From: Naegleria gruberi
Taxonomy: Eukaryota
Direction: 5' to 3' (one strand)
Assembly (NCBI GenBank): GCA_000004985.1
Contig: GG738969.1
Length of the DNA: 16,833 nucleotides
Shown here in pieces: positions 8,068 through 16,833 of the stretch. The stretch's first letter is position 1; each line of letters begins with the position of its first letter. The translations under genes and the position numbers were made by a program. The notes beneath the pieces are model-generated. The model did not search any database. It saw only the letters and a program-made list of their open reading frames with translations, and was not told the DNA's origin.

Positions 8068-8877
8068 CTAATCATTAATTGCATAAAATTTTGGCATCTC
8101 TTCGATAATGGTCAGGCAACTGTTGTAGAGATAGGCCATTCTTTCCTCTCCATCAAAATCATGGAACACTAGAGTATCTGTACTGTATTTGTTTCGAATA
8201 CCTTTGCAGTATTGGTCAAATGGAACACCTTCATGTTGAATATGTTCAAGAATATACTTAAATCCATCAAGCAGGGTAACACTTGTGATACCTGGATAAG
8301 CCATTCTACTCATAAGAACTACTTTGAAATAGTTTACAATTCGTTCAATACATGAAACATCCAAAATTGTTGGTGTAAAATAGTTCGTCATTATTTCTAT
8401 TGATTCTGTAAGATCGTCCACTTGATGATAGTCCAAAAAATGGCACACAATATAATGATTGATTAATTCTTTGAATGATTGCATGCTTATTTTCAATCTT
8501 GTCGTTAGAATATTTAAATCTAACTTTTCAGGATAGATTTCAAAGAATGGCTTGAGGGAGGTGTTGATCGAACAGAAGGAGTAGCTTTTAAACACTGAGT
8601 AAATAAAATTGTAATTTCCTTCTGAAGTTTCAATTATTTCATAGGGGTCAAAATTTTCAATTTTGGGAAGCAAATCTGGAATCTTGGAGGAATAATTGAA
8701 TTTGTGAAATATTATTTTGTAATCTTCCTTTCCAATCAATCCTCTTTTTTCTAATAACTCTATTATGACTTGTTCCTCTTTCTGTAAAAAAATATTGCGC
8801 TCTGCAATATTCGAATAGTGAATAGATTTTTCTTCGATAATTTCCAAAAGCTGACAAAGACTGTCCACAAGTATTGT
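8068..8877 (-). CDS. C-terminal 270-aa fragment of an uncharacterised protein. The 5' part is lost in the gap. It may or may not be the same gene as the 12121-13228 fragment
   Basis: Open frame from the gap edge to TAG at 8070-8068: ...TILVDSLCQLLEIIEEKSIHYSNIAERNIFLQKEEQVIIELLEKRGLIGKEDYKIIFHKFN...DGFKYILEHIQHEGVPFDQYCKGIRNKYSTDTLVFHDFDGEERMAYLYNSCLTIIEEMPKFYAIND*. That is 270 codons without a stop in AT-rich DNA. No family was recognised. Confidence 0.55.
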   Translation of the reverse strand, partial: TILVDSLCQLLEIIEEKSIHYSNIAERNIFLQKEEQVIIELLEKRGLIGKEDYKIIFHKFNYSSKIPDLLPKIENFDPYEIIETSEGNYNFIYSVFKSYSFCSINTSLKPFFEIYPEKLDLNILTTRLKISMQSFKELINHYIVCHFLDYHQVDDLTESIEIMTNYFTPTILDVSCIERIVNYFKVVLMSRMAYPGITSVTLLDGFKYILEHIQHEGVPFDQYCKGIRNKYSTDTLVFHDFDGEERMAYLYNSCLTIIEEMPKFYAIND

Positions 8878-11800
8878 NNNNNNNNNNNNNNNNNNNNNNN
8901 NNNNNNNNNNNNNNNNNNNNNNNNNNNNNNNNNNNNNNNNNNNNNNNNNNNNNNNNNNNNNNNNNNNNNNNNNNNNNNNNNNNNNNNNNNNNNNNNNNNN
9001 NNNNNNNNNNNNNNNNNNNNNNNNNNNNNNNNNNNNNNNNNNNNNNNNNNNNNNNNNNNNNNNNNNNNNNNNNNNNNNNNNNNNNNNNNNNNNNNNNNNN
9101 NNNNNNNNNNNNNNNNNNNNNNNNNNNNNNNNNNNNNNNNNNNNNNNNNNNNNNNNNNNNNNNNNNNNNNNNNNNNNNNNNNNNNNNNNNNNNNNNNNNN
9201 NNNNNNNNNNNNNNNNNNNNNNNNNNNNNNNNNNNNNNNNNNNNNNNNNNNNNNNNNNNNNNNNNNNNNNNNNNNNNNNNNNNNNNNNNNNNNNNNNNNN
9301 NNNNNNNNNNNNNNNNNNNNNNNNNNNNNNNNNNNNNNNNNNNNNNNNNNNNNNNNNNNNNNNNNNNNNNNNNNNNNNNNNNNNNNNNNNNNNNNNNNNN
9401 NNNNNNNNNNNNNNNNNNNNNNNNNNNNNNNNNNNNNNNNNNNNNNNNNNNNNNNNNNNNNNNNNNNNNNNNNNNNNNNNNNNNNNNNNNNNNNNNNNNN
9501 NNNNNNNNNNNNNNNNNNNNNNNNNNNNNNNNNNNNNNNNNNNNNNNNNNNNNNNNNNNNNNNNNNNNNNNNNNNNNNNNNNNNNNNNNNNNNNNNNNNN
9601 NNNNNNNNNNNNNNNNNNNNNNNNNNNNNNNNNNNNNNNNNNNNNNNNNNNNNNNNNNNNNNNNNNNNNNNNNNNNNNNNNNNNNNNNNNNNNNNNNNNN
9701 NNNNNNNNNNNNNNNNNNNNNNNNNNNNNNNNNNNNNNNNNNNNNNNNNNNNNNNNNNNNNNNNNNNNNNNNNNNNNNNNNNNNNNNNNNNNNNNNNNNN
9801 NNNNNNNNNNNNNNNNNNNNNNNNNNNNNNNNNNNNNNNNNNNNNNNNNNNNNNNNNNNNNNNNNNNNNNNNNNNNNNNNNNNNNNNNNNNNNNNNNNNN
9901 NNNNNNNNNNNNNNNNNNNNNNNNNNNNNNNNNNNNNNNNNNNNNNNNNNNNNNNNNNNNNNNNNNNNNNNNNNNNNNNNNNNNNNNNNNNNNNNNNNNN
10001 NNNNNNNNNNNNNNNNNNNNNNNNNNNNNNNNNNNNNNNNNNNNNNNNNNNNNNNNNNNNNNNNNNNNNNNNNNNNNNNNNNNNNNNNNNNNNNNNNNNN
10101 NNNNNNNNNNNNNNNNNNNNNNNNNNNNNNNNNNNNNNNNNNNNNNNNNNNNNNNNNNNNNNNNNNNNNNNNNNNNNNNNNNNNNNNNNNNNNNNNNNNN
10201 NNNNNNNNNNNNNNNNNNNNNNNNNNNNNNNNNNNNNNNNNNNNNNNNNNNNNNNNNNNNNNNNNNNNNNNNNNNNNNNNNNNNNNNNNNNNNNNNNNNN
10301 NNNNNNNNNNNNNNNNNNNNNNNNNNNNNNNNNNNNNNNNNNNNNNNNNNNNNNNNNNNNNNNNNNNNNNNNNNNNNNNNNNNNNNNNNNNNNNNNNNNN
10401 NNNNNNNNNNNNNNNNNNNNNNNNNNNNNNNNNNNNNNNNNNNNNNNNNNNNNNNNNNNNNNNNNNNNNNNNNNNNNNNNNNNNNNNNNNNNNNNNNNNN
10501 NNNNNNNNNNNNNNNNNNNNNNNNNNNNNNNNNNNNNNNNNNNNNNNNNNNNNNNNNNNNNNNNNNNNNNNNNNNNNNNNNNNNNNNNNNNNNNNNNNNN
10601 NNNNNNNNNNNNNNNNNNNNNNNNNNNNNNNNNNNNNNNNNNNNNNNNNNNNNNNNNNNNNNNNNNNNNNNNNNNNNNNNNNNNNNNNNNNNNNNNNNNN
10701 NNNNNNNNNNNNNNNNNNNNNNNNNNNNNNNNNNNNNNNNNNNNNNNNNNNNNNNNNNNNNNNNNNNNNNNNNNNNNNNNNNNNNNNNNNNNNNNNNNNN
10801 NNNNNNNNNNNNNNNNNNNNNNNNNNNNNNNNNNNNNNNNNNNNNNNNNNNNNNNNNNNNNNNNNNNNNNNNNNNNNNNNNNNNNNNNNNNNNNNNNNNN
10901 NNNNNNNNNNNNNNNNNNNNNNNNNNNNNNNNNNNNNNNNNNNNNNNNNNNNNNNNNNNNNNNNNNNNNNNNNNNNNNNNNNNNNNNNNNNNNNNNNNNN
11001 NNNNNNNNNNNNNNNNNNNNNNNNNNNNNNNNNNNNNNNNNNNNNNNNNNNNNNNNNNNNNNNNNNNNNNNNNNNNNNNNNNNNNNNNNNNNNNNNNNNN
11101 NNNNNNNNNNNNNNNNNNNNNNNNNNNNNNNNNNNNNNNNNNNNNNNNNNNNNNNNNNNNNNNNNNNNNNNNNNNNNNNNNNNNNNNNNNNNNNNNNNNN
11201 NNNNNNNNNNNNNNNNNNNNNNNNNNNNNNNNNNNNNNNNNNNNNNNNNNNNNNNNNNNNNNNNNNNNNNNNNNNNNNNNNNNNNNNNNNNNNNNNNNNN
11301 NNNNNNNNNNNNNNNNNNNNNNNNNNNNNNNNNNNNNNNNNNNNNNNNNNNNNNNNNNNNNNNNNNNNNNNNNNNNNNNNNNNNNNNNNNNNNNNNNNNN
11401 NNNNNNNNNNNNNNNNNNNNNNNNNNNNNNNNNNNNNNNNNNNNNNNNNNNNNNNNNNNNNNNNNNNNNNNNNNNNNNNNNNNNNNNNNNNNNNNNNNNN
11501 NNNNNNNNNNNNNNNNNNNNNNNNNNNNNNNNNNNNNNNNNNNNNNNNNNNNNNNNNNNNNNNNNNNNNNNNNNNNNNNNNNNNNNNNNNNNNNNNNNNN
11601 NNNNNNNNNNNNNNNNNNNNNNNNNNNNNNNNNNNNNNNNNNNNNNNNNNNNNNNNNNNNNNNNNNNNNNNNNNNNNNNNNNNNNNNNNNNNNNNNNNNN
11701 NNNNNNNNNNNNNNNNNNNNNNNNNNNNNNNNNNNNNNNNNNNNNNNNNNNNNNNNNNNNNNNNNNNNNNNNNNNNNNNNNNNNNNNNNNNNNNNNNNNN

Positions 11801-12120
11801 NNNNNNNNNNNNNNNNNNNNNNNNNNNNNNNNNNNNNNNNNNNNNNNNNNNNNNNNNNNNNNNNNNNNNNNNNNNNNNNNNNNNNNNNNNNNNNNNNNNN
11901 NNNNNNNNNNNNNNNNNNNNNNNNNNNNNNNNNNNNNNNNNNNNNNNNNNNNNNNNNNNNNNNNNNNNNNNNNNNNNNNNNNNNNNNNNNNNNNNNNNNN
12001 NNNNNNNNNNNNNNNNNNNNNNNNNNNNNNNNNNNNNNNNNNNNNNNNNNNNNNNNNNNNNNNNNNNNNNNNNNNNNNNNNNNNNNNNNNNNNNNNNNNN
12101 NNNNNNNNNNNNNNNNNNNN
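8878..12120. other. Assembly gap (3243 N)
   Basis: Uninterrupted run of n. The long ORF-track entries spanning it (8068..12129, 8657..13258, 8763..12185, 8818..12150, 8874..12188) are artefacts of translating N as X. Confidence 1.
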
Positions 12121-13228
12121 GATATGCAATCAAAATTACCCAATTCATAACAGTTCCTAAAATCGTTAATCTTACTTTGGCACAATAACTATCGAGTGCG
12201 TACATTTCCTGAGTCTCAAAGTAGACACATACAATTGGTGTGTAAGGAGTTAACAATCTTCTCTTAATGGCTGGTAACTGAAATGATTTAGTAGCAAATA
12301 AAATTACATAATATATAATGACAAGTACGCTAACTGGAATGATCCAATAATCAGATGGAACAAAGCTCATCTGGGTACAATATTCATTTGTACAGTAGGT
12401 ACAAGTAGAAGGGAGTAGATTTGAAAGAAAAACATTCAGAGTAATGTTAGAAACTGGAATATGGTTGTCAATTCGAAGTTTGGTAATGTAAGATTCCATT
12501 TCAATTTGGGAAAGAGTTTCGACCTTGAAACCATTCACCCAAGACAGAAATTCAATGTCAGTCTCTCTAATCTTTCCAAAATCGTTATAGATATTTAACC
12601 ACTGTGTTTCGTATTGGCCAATTGCATGAAATTTTGTGTCATAATTGTGTTCAGAGCAAACAGCAGAGGAGTTTAACCATTCGAAACTTGTTGAAACATT
12701 TACGTTATCACTTTGAATTACAGAGAGAGGAAATAGTGGGAGAGGAATAAAATCACTGGACTCTAAAAATTCAGACTTGGATCTTTTCTTACTCAAAACT
12801 CTACTACCTTTCAGTTTCGTATAAAATTCATAAGGTTCACTAATAATAATATCATACTCTTCAAAGATGTTGATAAATTTGCATGAACCAAGTTTGATGC
12901 TTTGAAAATCTTCCACTACACTTCTAGAAATGTTTTTAAATTGTAAAATATCTGACCACAGTTGTTTGATAGTGGAATTTCTTGTTCCCACTATTGCAAC
13001 TTTGAGAGTGGCAGCAGATGGTGAGATGGAAGAGAACATGTTGAAAATGTCTTGTTTTTGCACATTTACTGCATGTTCTTTCCAGACGAAAGCAGTCAGA
13101 AAGGTTTCCACTCGGAGAACCTTTGCAGTTGAGAGCTTGTCGAAAGATACAGAGTTTTTGGCCAGTAACATTTCGCAAGATTGTGCCAACATCAAGAGGA
13201 GGAGTATCACATGCCAGCTCGATTTCAT
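12121..13228 (-). CDS. N-terminal fragment (369 codons) of a receptor-like membrane glycoprotein. It has a signal peptide, an ectodomain of about 325 aa with multiple N-glycosylation sequons and a Cys-rich juxtamembrane motif, a 23-aa TM helix, and a basic cytoplasmic start. It continues into the gap
   Basis: The true ATG is at 13228-13226; the ORF-track start at 13258 is TTG. N-terminus MKSSWHVILLLLMLAQSCEM has a hydrophobic core followed by small residues, as a signal peptide would. Sequons are NST, NIS, NVS, NSS, NIT. The juxtamembrane motif is CTYCTNEYCTQ. The TM helix is YWIIPVSVLVIIYYVILFATKSF, followed by QLPAIKRRLL (positive-inside). A second hydrophobic run LTILGTVMNWVILIAY lies just before the gap, so this could be multi-pass. 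TATA-like TATAGAAA (minus) is about 65 nt upstream of the ATG. Confidence 0.6.
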
Positions 13229-13334
13229 TTGTTGTCGATTTTTTTGTTTGAGGATCAAATTCCCGATCGTTTCTAAATGGTGACATGAATTTCTATATGA
13301 AATTTAGCCTAAATAACTCAAATCTCAACACACA

Positions 13335-13353
13335 TTATCCATTAGGTGGATAA
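13335..13353. promoter_or_regulatory. Perfect palindrome TTATCCA-N5-TGGATAA in the divergent promoter region between the receptor-like gene and the F-box gene
   Basis: ttatccattaggtggataa. It lies about 107 nt upstream of the minus-strand ATG at 13228. It is a candidate dimeric transcription-factor site, with no functional evidence. Confidence 0.2.
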
Positions 13354-13959
13354 TTACAGCCACCGGTTGTTGATGATTTTTGCTCTTTTAGTGTGGTGTT
13401 GAACAGAATAGGTGGTGCATCTCCGTAGAGAAGTTGATGATTACAGTATTGTGCTCAAGAACATTTTGTATAATTATTTAGATATTTTCATGATTATTTT
13501 ACAGCCAATGTAAGGGAGCAATGAGTAAATTAATATTGTTTTTTCTTTTAAAAATTAAATTTTATTATTATTTGTTTCTCTTCTCCAAACAAGATGTAAG
13601 TATGTTCAAAATTAATAATAACCACCTTAGAATTGTGATTCAAGAATCAGAAACTACACCTCCTCTTCAAACCTTTTGGTTTTGGTAATATTATTTGTTT
13701 TCATTTAATAATTTAGACGGGAAGCCTGCCAGGAATATGGCGACTATCCCGCTACAGTCTTTGACTGTATGAACAGTGAAGGCAACGAATCTATTGATTG
13801 TTGGTTCAGTAAGTTTGTTGTTTTGAAAAGCTTGCTACAACCTGCTCTATTTATTCAATCACTGTTATGCTTTACATCTTTCTTCGCTTGTGGTTCCGAA
13901 AAATATTCCGAATATTTTTTATGGCTTAATTTAAATATTAAAATTAATATTTAAAAAAA

Positions 13960-14253
13960 ATGATCACACAACCAAAACATTCCATCACTTCTTCATTTTC
14001 GAAAATACAAGAAAATAATCTATTCTCTGACGATTCACTCTTTGAAATTTTATCTTTTCACGATGATTTTAAATTTATTGTACAGAGGTGTGCATTGGTT
14101 TCCAAACAGTGGTTTCATGTCATTAAAAATTCATGTAAACACCTCTCGATAACACGTAGTAGTGATTGGGAAATGGTTGGTCAATTGCCGTTTTTGGAAA
14201 ATGTTGCAAATCTAAGAGTGATAGAGAATGAAGGTGGATTTAATTGTGAGATA
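13960..14253 (+). CDS. F-box protein, N-terminal 98 codons. The F-box is followed by the start of probable leucine-rich repeats, and it continues into the gap
   Basis: A-rich context aaaaaaaATGatc. MITQPKHSITSSFSKIQENNLFSDDSLFEILSFHDDFKFIVQRCALVSKQWFHVIKNSCKHLSI... fits the F-box consensus (L.DE.L..IFS.L....L.....VCK.W). LENVANLRVIENEGGFNCEI is LRR-like. Confidence 0.65.
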
Positions 14254-15910
14254 NNNNNNNNNNNNNNNNNNNNNNNNNNNNNNNNNNNNNNNNNNNNNNN
14301 NNNNNNNNNNNNNNNNNNNNNNNNNNNNNNNNNNNNNNNNNNNNNNNNNNNNNNNNNNNNNNNNNNNNNNNNNNNNNNNNNNNNNNNNNNNNNNNNNNNN
14401 NNNNNNNNNNNNNNNNNNNNNNNNNNNNNNNNNNNNNNNNNNNNNNNNNNNNNNNNNNNNNNNNNNNNNNNNNNNNNNNNNNNNNNNNNNNNNNNNNNNN
14501 NNNNNNNNNNNNNNNNNNNNNNNNNNNNNNNNNNNNNNNNNNNNNNNNNNNNNNNNNNNNNNNNNNNNNNNNNNNNNNNNNNNNNNNNNNNNNNNNNNNN
14601 NNNNNNNNNNNNNNNNNNNNNNNNNNNNNNNNNNNNNNNNNNNNNNNNNNNNNNNNNNNNNNNNNNNNNNNNNNNNNNNNNNNNNNNNNNNNNNNNNNNN
14701 NNNNNNNNNNNNNNNNNNNNNNNNNNNNNNNNNNNNNNNNNNNNNNNNNNNNNNNNNNNNNNNNNNNNNNNNNNNNNNNNNNNNNNNNNNNNNNNNNNNN
14801 NNNNNNNNNNNNNNNNNNNNNNNNNNNNNNNNNNNNNNNNNNNNNNNNNNNNNNNNNNNNNNNNNNNNNNNNNNNNNNNNNNNNNNNNNNNNNNNNNNNN
14901 NNNNNNNNNNNNNNNNNNNNNNNNNNNNNNNNNNNNNNNNNNNNNNNNNNNNNNNNNNNNNNNNNNNNNNNNNNNNNNNNNNNNNNNNNNNNNNNNNNNN
15001 NNNNNNNNNNNNNNNNNNNNNNNNNNNNNNNNNNNNNNNNNNNNNNNNNNNNNNNNNNNNNNNNNNNNNNNNNNNNNNNNNNNNNNNNNNNNNNNNNNNN
15101 NNNNNNNNNNNNNNNNNNNNNNNNNNNNNNNNNNNNNNNNNNNNNNNNNNNNNNNNNNNNNNNNNNNNNNNNNNNNNNNNNNNNNNNNNNNNNNNNNNNN
15201 NNNNNNNNNNNNNNNNNNNNNNNNNNNNNNNNNNNNNNNNNNNNNNNNNNNNNNNNNNNNNNNNNNNNNNNNNNNNNNNNNNNNNNNNNNNNNNNNNNNN
15301 NNNNNNNNNNNNNNNNNNNNNNNNNNNNNNNNNNNNNNNNNNNNNNNNNNNNNNNNNNNNNNNNNNNNNNNNNNNNNNNNNNNNNNNNNNNNNNNNNNNN
15401 NNNNNNNNNNNNNNNNNNNNNNNNNNNNNNNNNNNNNNNNNNNNNNNNNNNNNNNNNNNNNNNNNNNNNNNNNNNNNNNNNNNNNNNNNNNNNNNNNNNN
15501 NNNNNNNNNNNNNNNNNNNNNNNNNNNNNNNNNNNNNNNNNNNNNNNNNNNNNNNNNNNNNNNNNNNNNNNNNNNNNNNNNNNNNNNNNNNNNNNNNNNN
15601 NNNNNNNNNNNNNNNNNNNNNNNNNNNNNNNNNNNNNNNNNNNNNNNNNNNNNNNNNNNNNNNNNNNNNNNNNNNNNNNNNNNNNNNNNNNNNNNNNNNN
15701 NNNNNNNNNNNNNNNNNNNNNNNNNNNNNNNNNNNNNNNNNNNNNNNNNNNNNNNNNNNNNNNNNNNNNNNNNNNNNNNNNNNNNNNNNNNNNNNNNNNN
15801 NNNNNNNNNNNNNNNNNNNNNNNNNNNNNNNNNNNNNNNNNNNNNNNNNNNNNNNNNNNNNNNNNNNNNNNNNNNNNNNNNNNNNNNNNNNNNNNNNNNN
15901 NNNNNNNNNN
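14254..15910. other. Assembly gap (1657 N)
   Basis: Run of n. ORF-track entries 13960..15918, 14212..16014, 14228..15925 and 14240..15940 are inflated by it. Confidence 1.
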
Positions 15911-15911
15911 C

Positions 15912-15986
15912 AATATAAGCGATGAGGGTGAAAAATACATTCGAGAAATGAATTTAGCAGATCATGTAGATATTTATGACCTGTAA
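15912..15986 (+). CDS. Probable C-terminal end of the F-box/LRR gene
   Basis: This is the only frame open from the gap edge: NISDEGEKYIREMNLADHVDIYDL then TAA at 15984-15986. ISDEGEKYI matches the I[TS]DxG-xx-L motif of cysteine-containing LRRs in FBXL-type proteins. AATAAA at 15991-15996 lies 5 nt past the stop. Continuity of frame with 13960 cannot be judged across an estimated gap. Confidence 0.4.
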   Translation, partial: NISDEGEKYIREMNLADHVDIYDL

Positions 15987-16098
15987 AAGAAATAAACTTA
16001 ATCTCGATAGCCAAAATAAGAATAAATCATGTTATTCAATAATGTTATTTCAAGAAGTTTACAGTCATATTCATAAACAAATTTTTATTATTCATTGA

Positions 16099-16833
16099 TT
16101 AGCTTTTGTTTGATTCTCCATTCTGAGAATAAATGGTTCCAGTAGTAGTATATAAATAATATCCACATTTTGTATTATTATTTGTTTCGTTCACATTAAT
16201 ACTTTTAGGTGCAAATCCAATCATTAAACTATTACAATTAGATATGAGTTTAACTTTGAAATGATTTGATTTTGTTCCTAAAACATTTGAATTCAAATCA
16301 GAAGTGTTTGTTTTCTTTAGTCTAGTTGGTGTTTCCAAGACAAGATTTGCAGAACAATACTGTGGATCAAATTCTACTGTGTTTGAGCTATTTGTGTCAA
16401 TCTCTAAAATAATTCCATACTTGGATTTGAGTAAACTTCTTCCTTTAGGTGGAAGAATTTCATAAATTGGTGTAATTTGATAATAGACAACTTCTTCCAC
16501 AAACCCCACAAGGTCATTCCCATTCAAATTTTCAACTTGTTCCTTGATGTCAATTCCTCTCAAATAATTTAAAATCAGTTGAAACTGCTCAAAAGGTCTA
16601 TCAATAAAGTATGCATTGTCATCTTCCTCAACAGTTGGACTAAAGTGATCATTGAAATATCCAGTAAAGAATGTATCCTTCACACTCTTCAATGTTTGTA
16701 AGCTCGTGGAGAATATCTTCCCACCAACATTTAATTTTACCACTTGATTCTTTCCCAATTTACTTTCAATTGTTGTTGATTTTGCGAGCTTATTCTCAAT
16801 CTCTAATATTCTCTCCTCACGCTCAGCAAGATC
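16099..16833 (-). CDS. KCTD-family protein with a T1-type BTB/POZ domain. It is partial, and the N-terminus/start codon lies beyond the window end
   Basis: The frame is open to position 16833; the ORF-track 'M' at 16758 is TTG. Upstream in frame is DLAEREERILEIENKLAKSTTIESKLGKNQ, which looks like a coiled coil. Then VVKLNVGGKIFSTSLQTLKSVKDTFFTGYF...EDDNAYFIDRPFEQFQLILNYLRG matches the KCTD BTB consensus (V.LNVGG..F.T...TL......YFIDRDG..F..IL.YLR.G). Stop is TAA at 16101-16099, with AATAAA (minus) at 16089-16084. Confidence 0.75.
   Translation of the reverse strand, partial: DLAEREERILEIENKLAKSTTIESKLGKNQVVKLNVGGKIFSTSLQTLKSVKDTFFTGYFNDHFSPTVEEDDNAYFIDRPFEQFQLILNYLRGIDIKEQVENLNGNDLVGFVEEVVYYQITPIYEILPPKGRSLLKSKYGIILEIDTNSSNTVEFDPQYCSANLVLETPTRLKKTNTSDLNSNVLGTKSNHFKVKLISNCNSLMIGFAPKSINVNETNNNTKCGYYLYTTTGTIYSQNGESNKS

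Noticed and set aside
12278-12307. 30-nt in-frame GTAATTTT…TTTCAG segment (minus strand) inside the receptor-like CDS, with perfect splice-like ends
   Set aside because: Splicing it would cut the hydrophobic segment to 14 residues, too short to span a membrane. Unspliced, it gives a textbook 23-aa TM helix plus a basic flank. 30 nt is also shorter than the one confident intron (45 nt).
12930-13286. Two ~116-aa ORFs (12930..13283 +, 12936..13286 -) overlapping the start of the receptor-like gene
   Set aside because: They are alternative frames of the same region. The frame carrying the signal peptide continues for 369 codons, and these do not.
13335-13353. TTATCCA…TGGATAA resembles paired bacterial DnaA boxes
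   Set aside because: The context is clearly eukaryotic nuclear DNA. It is retained only as a possible palindromic transcription-factor site.
13769-13954. 61-aa ORF just upstream of the F-box ATG
   Set aside because: It has no motif and low complexity. At most it is an upstream ORF in the 5' leader.
1-16833. Prokaryotic-style features (operons with RBS, CRISPR arrays, IS elements, defence islands)
   Set aside because: A GT-AG intron, AATAAA signals, metazoan-type domains (F-box, KCTD BTB, NHL) and scaffolding gaps mark this as eukaryotic. No direct-repeat/spacer array or transposase-like ORF is present in the visible sequence.

Overview
This window reads as a draft eukaryotic nuclear scaffold, not a prokaryotic locus. 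It is AT-rich. Three scaffolding N-runs (1860-5958, 8878-12120, 14254-15910) remove about 9 kb of real sequence and truncate three genes. Evidence for a eukaryote: one canonical 45-nt phase-0 GT..AG intron, AATAAA signals 10-25 nt past most stops, TAA/TAG used as ordinary stops, and typical metazoan-type domain families. Seven protein-coding loci are supportable. (1) Minus-strand partial gene at 1-535, an N/Q/S-rich low-complexity N-terminus that the ORF track misses because its stop lies off-window. (2) Minus-strand gene 1035-1859, with a globular domain followed by a ~150-aa (EEEEKKKK)n tract, split by the intron. (3) Intronless 325-aa NHL-repeat beta-propeller protein at 6993-7970 (-). (4) C-terminal 270-aa fragment of an unknown protein at 8068-8877 (-), only 97 bp upstream of the NHL gene's ATG on the same strand. 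(5) N-terminal fragment of a signal-peptide, N-glycosylated, transmembrane receptor-like protein at 12121-13228 (-). (6) F-box (probably F-box/LRR) gene on + at 13960-15986, interrupted by a gap. (7) KCTD/T1-type BTB-domain gene on - at 16099 to the window end, convergent with the F-box gene. No rRNA, tRNA, CRISPR or transposon signatures were recognised. All long ORF-track entries made of X residues are translations of N-runs and are artefacts. The track's leading 'M' is often a TTG codon, not a real Met. I cannot name a new multi-gene system with confidence from what is visible. The most notable items are the canonical ER/K single-alpha-helix tract, the operon-like spacing of two same-strand genes, an uncharacterised receptor-like membrane protein, a snoRNA-like GC-rich hairpin, and two adjacent cullin-RING-ligase adaptor genes.
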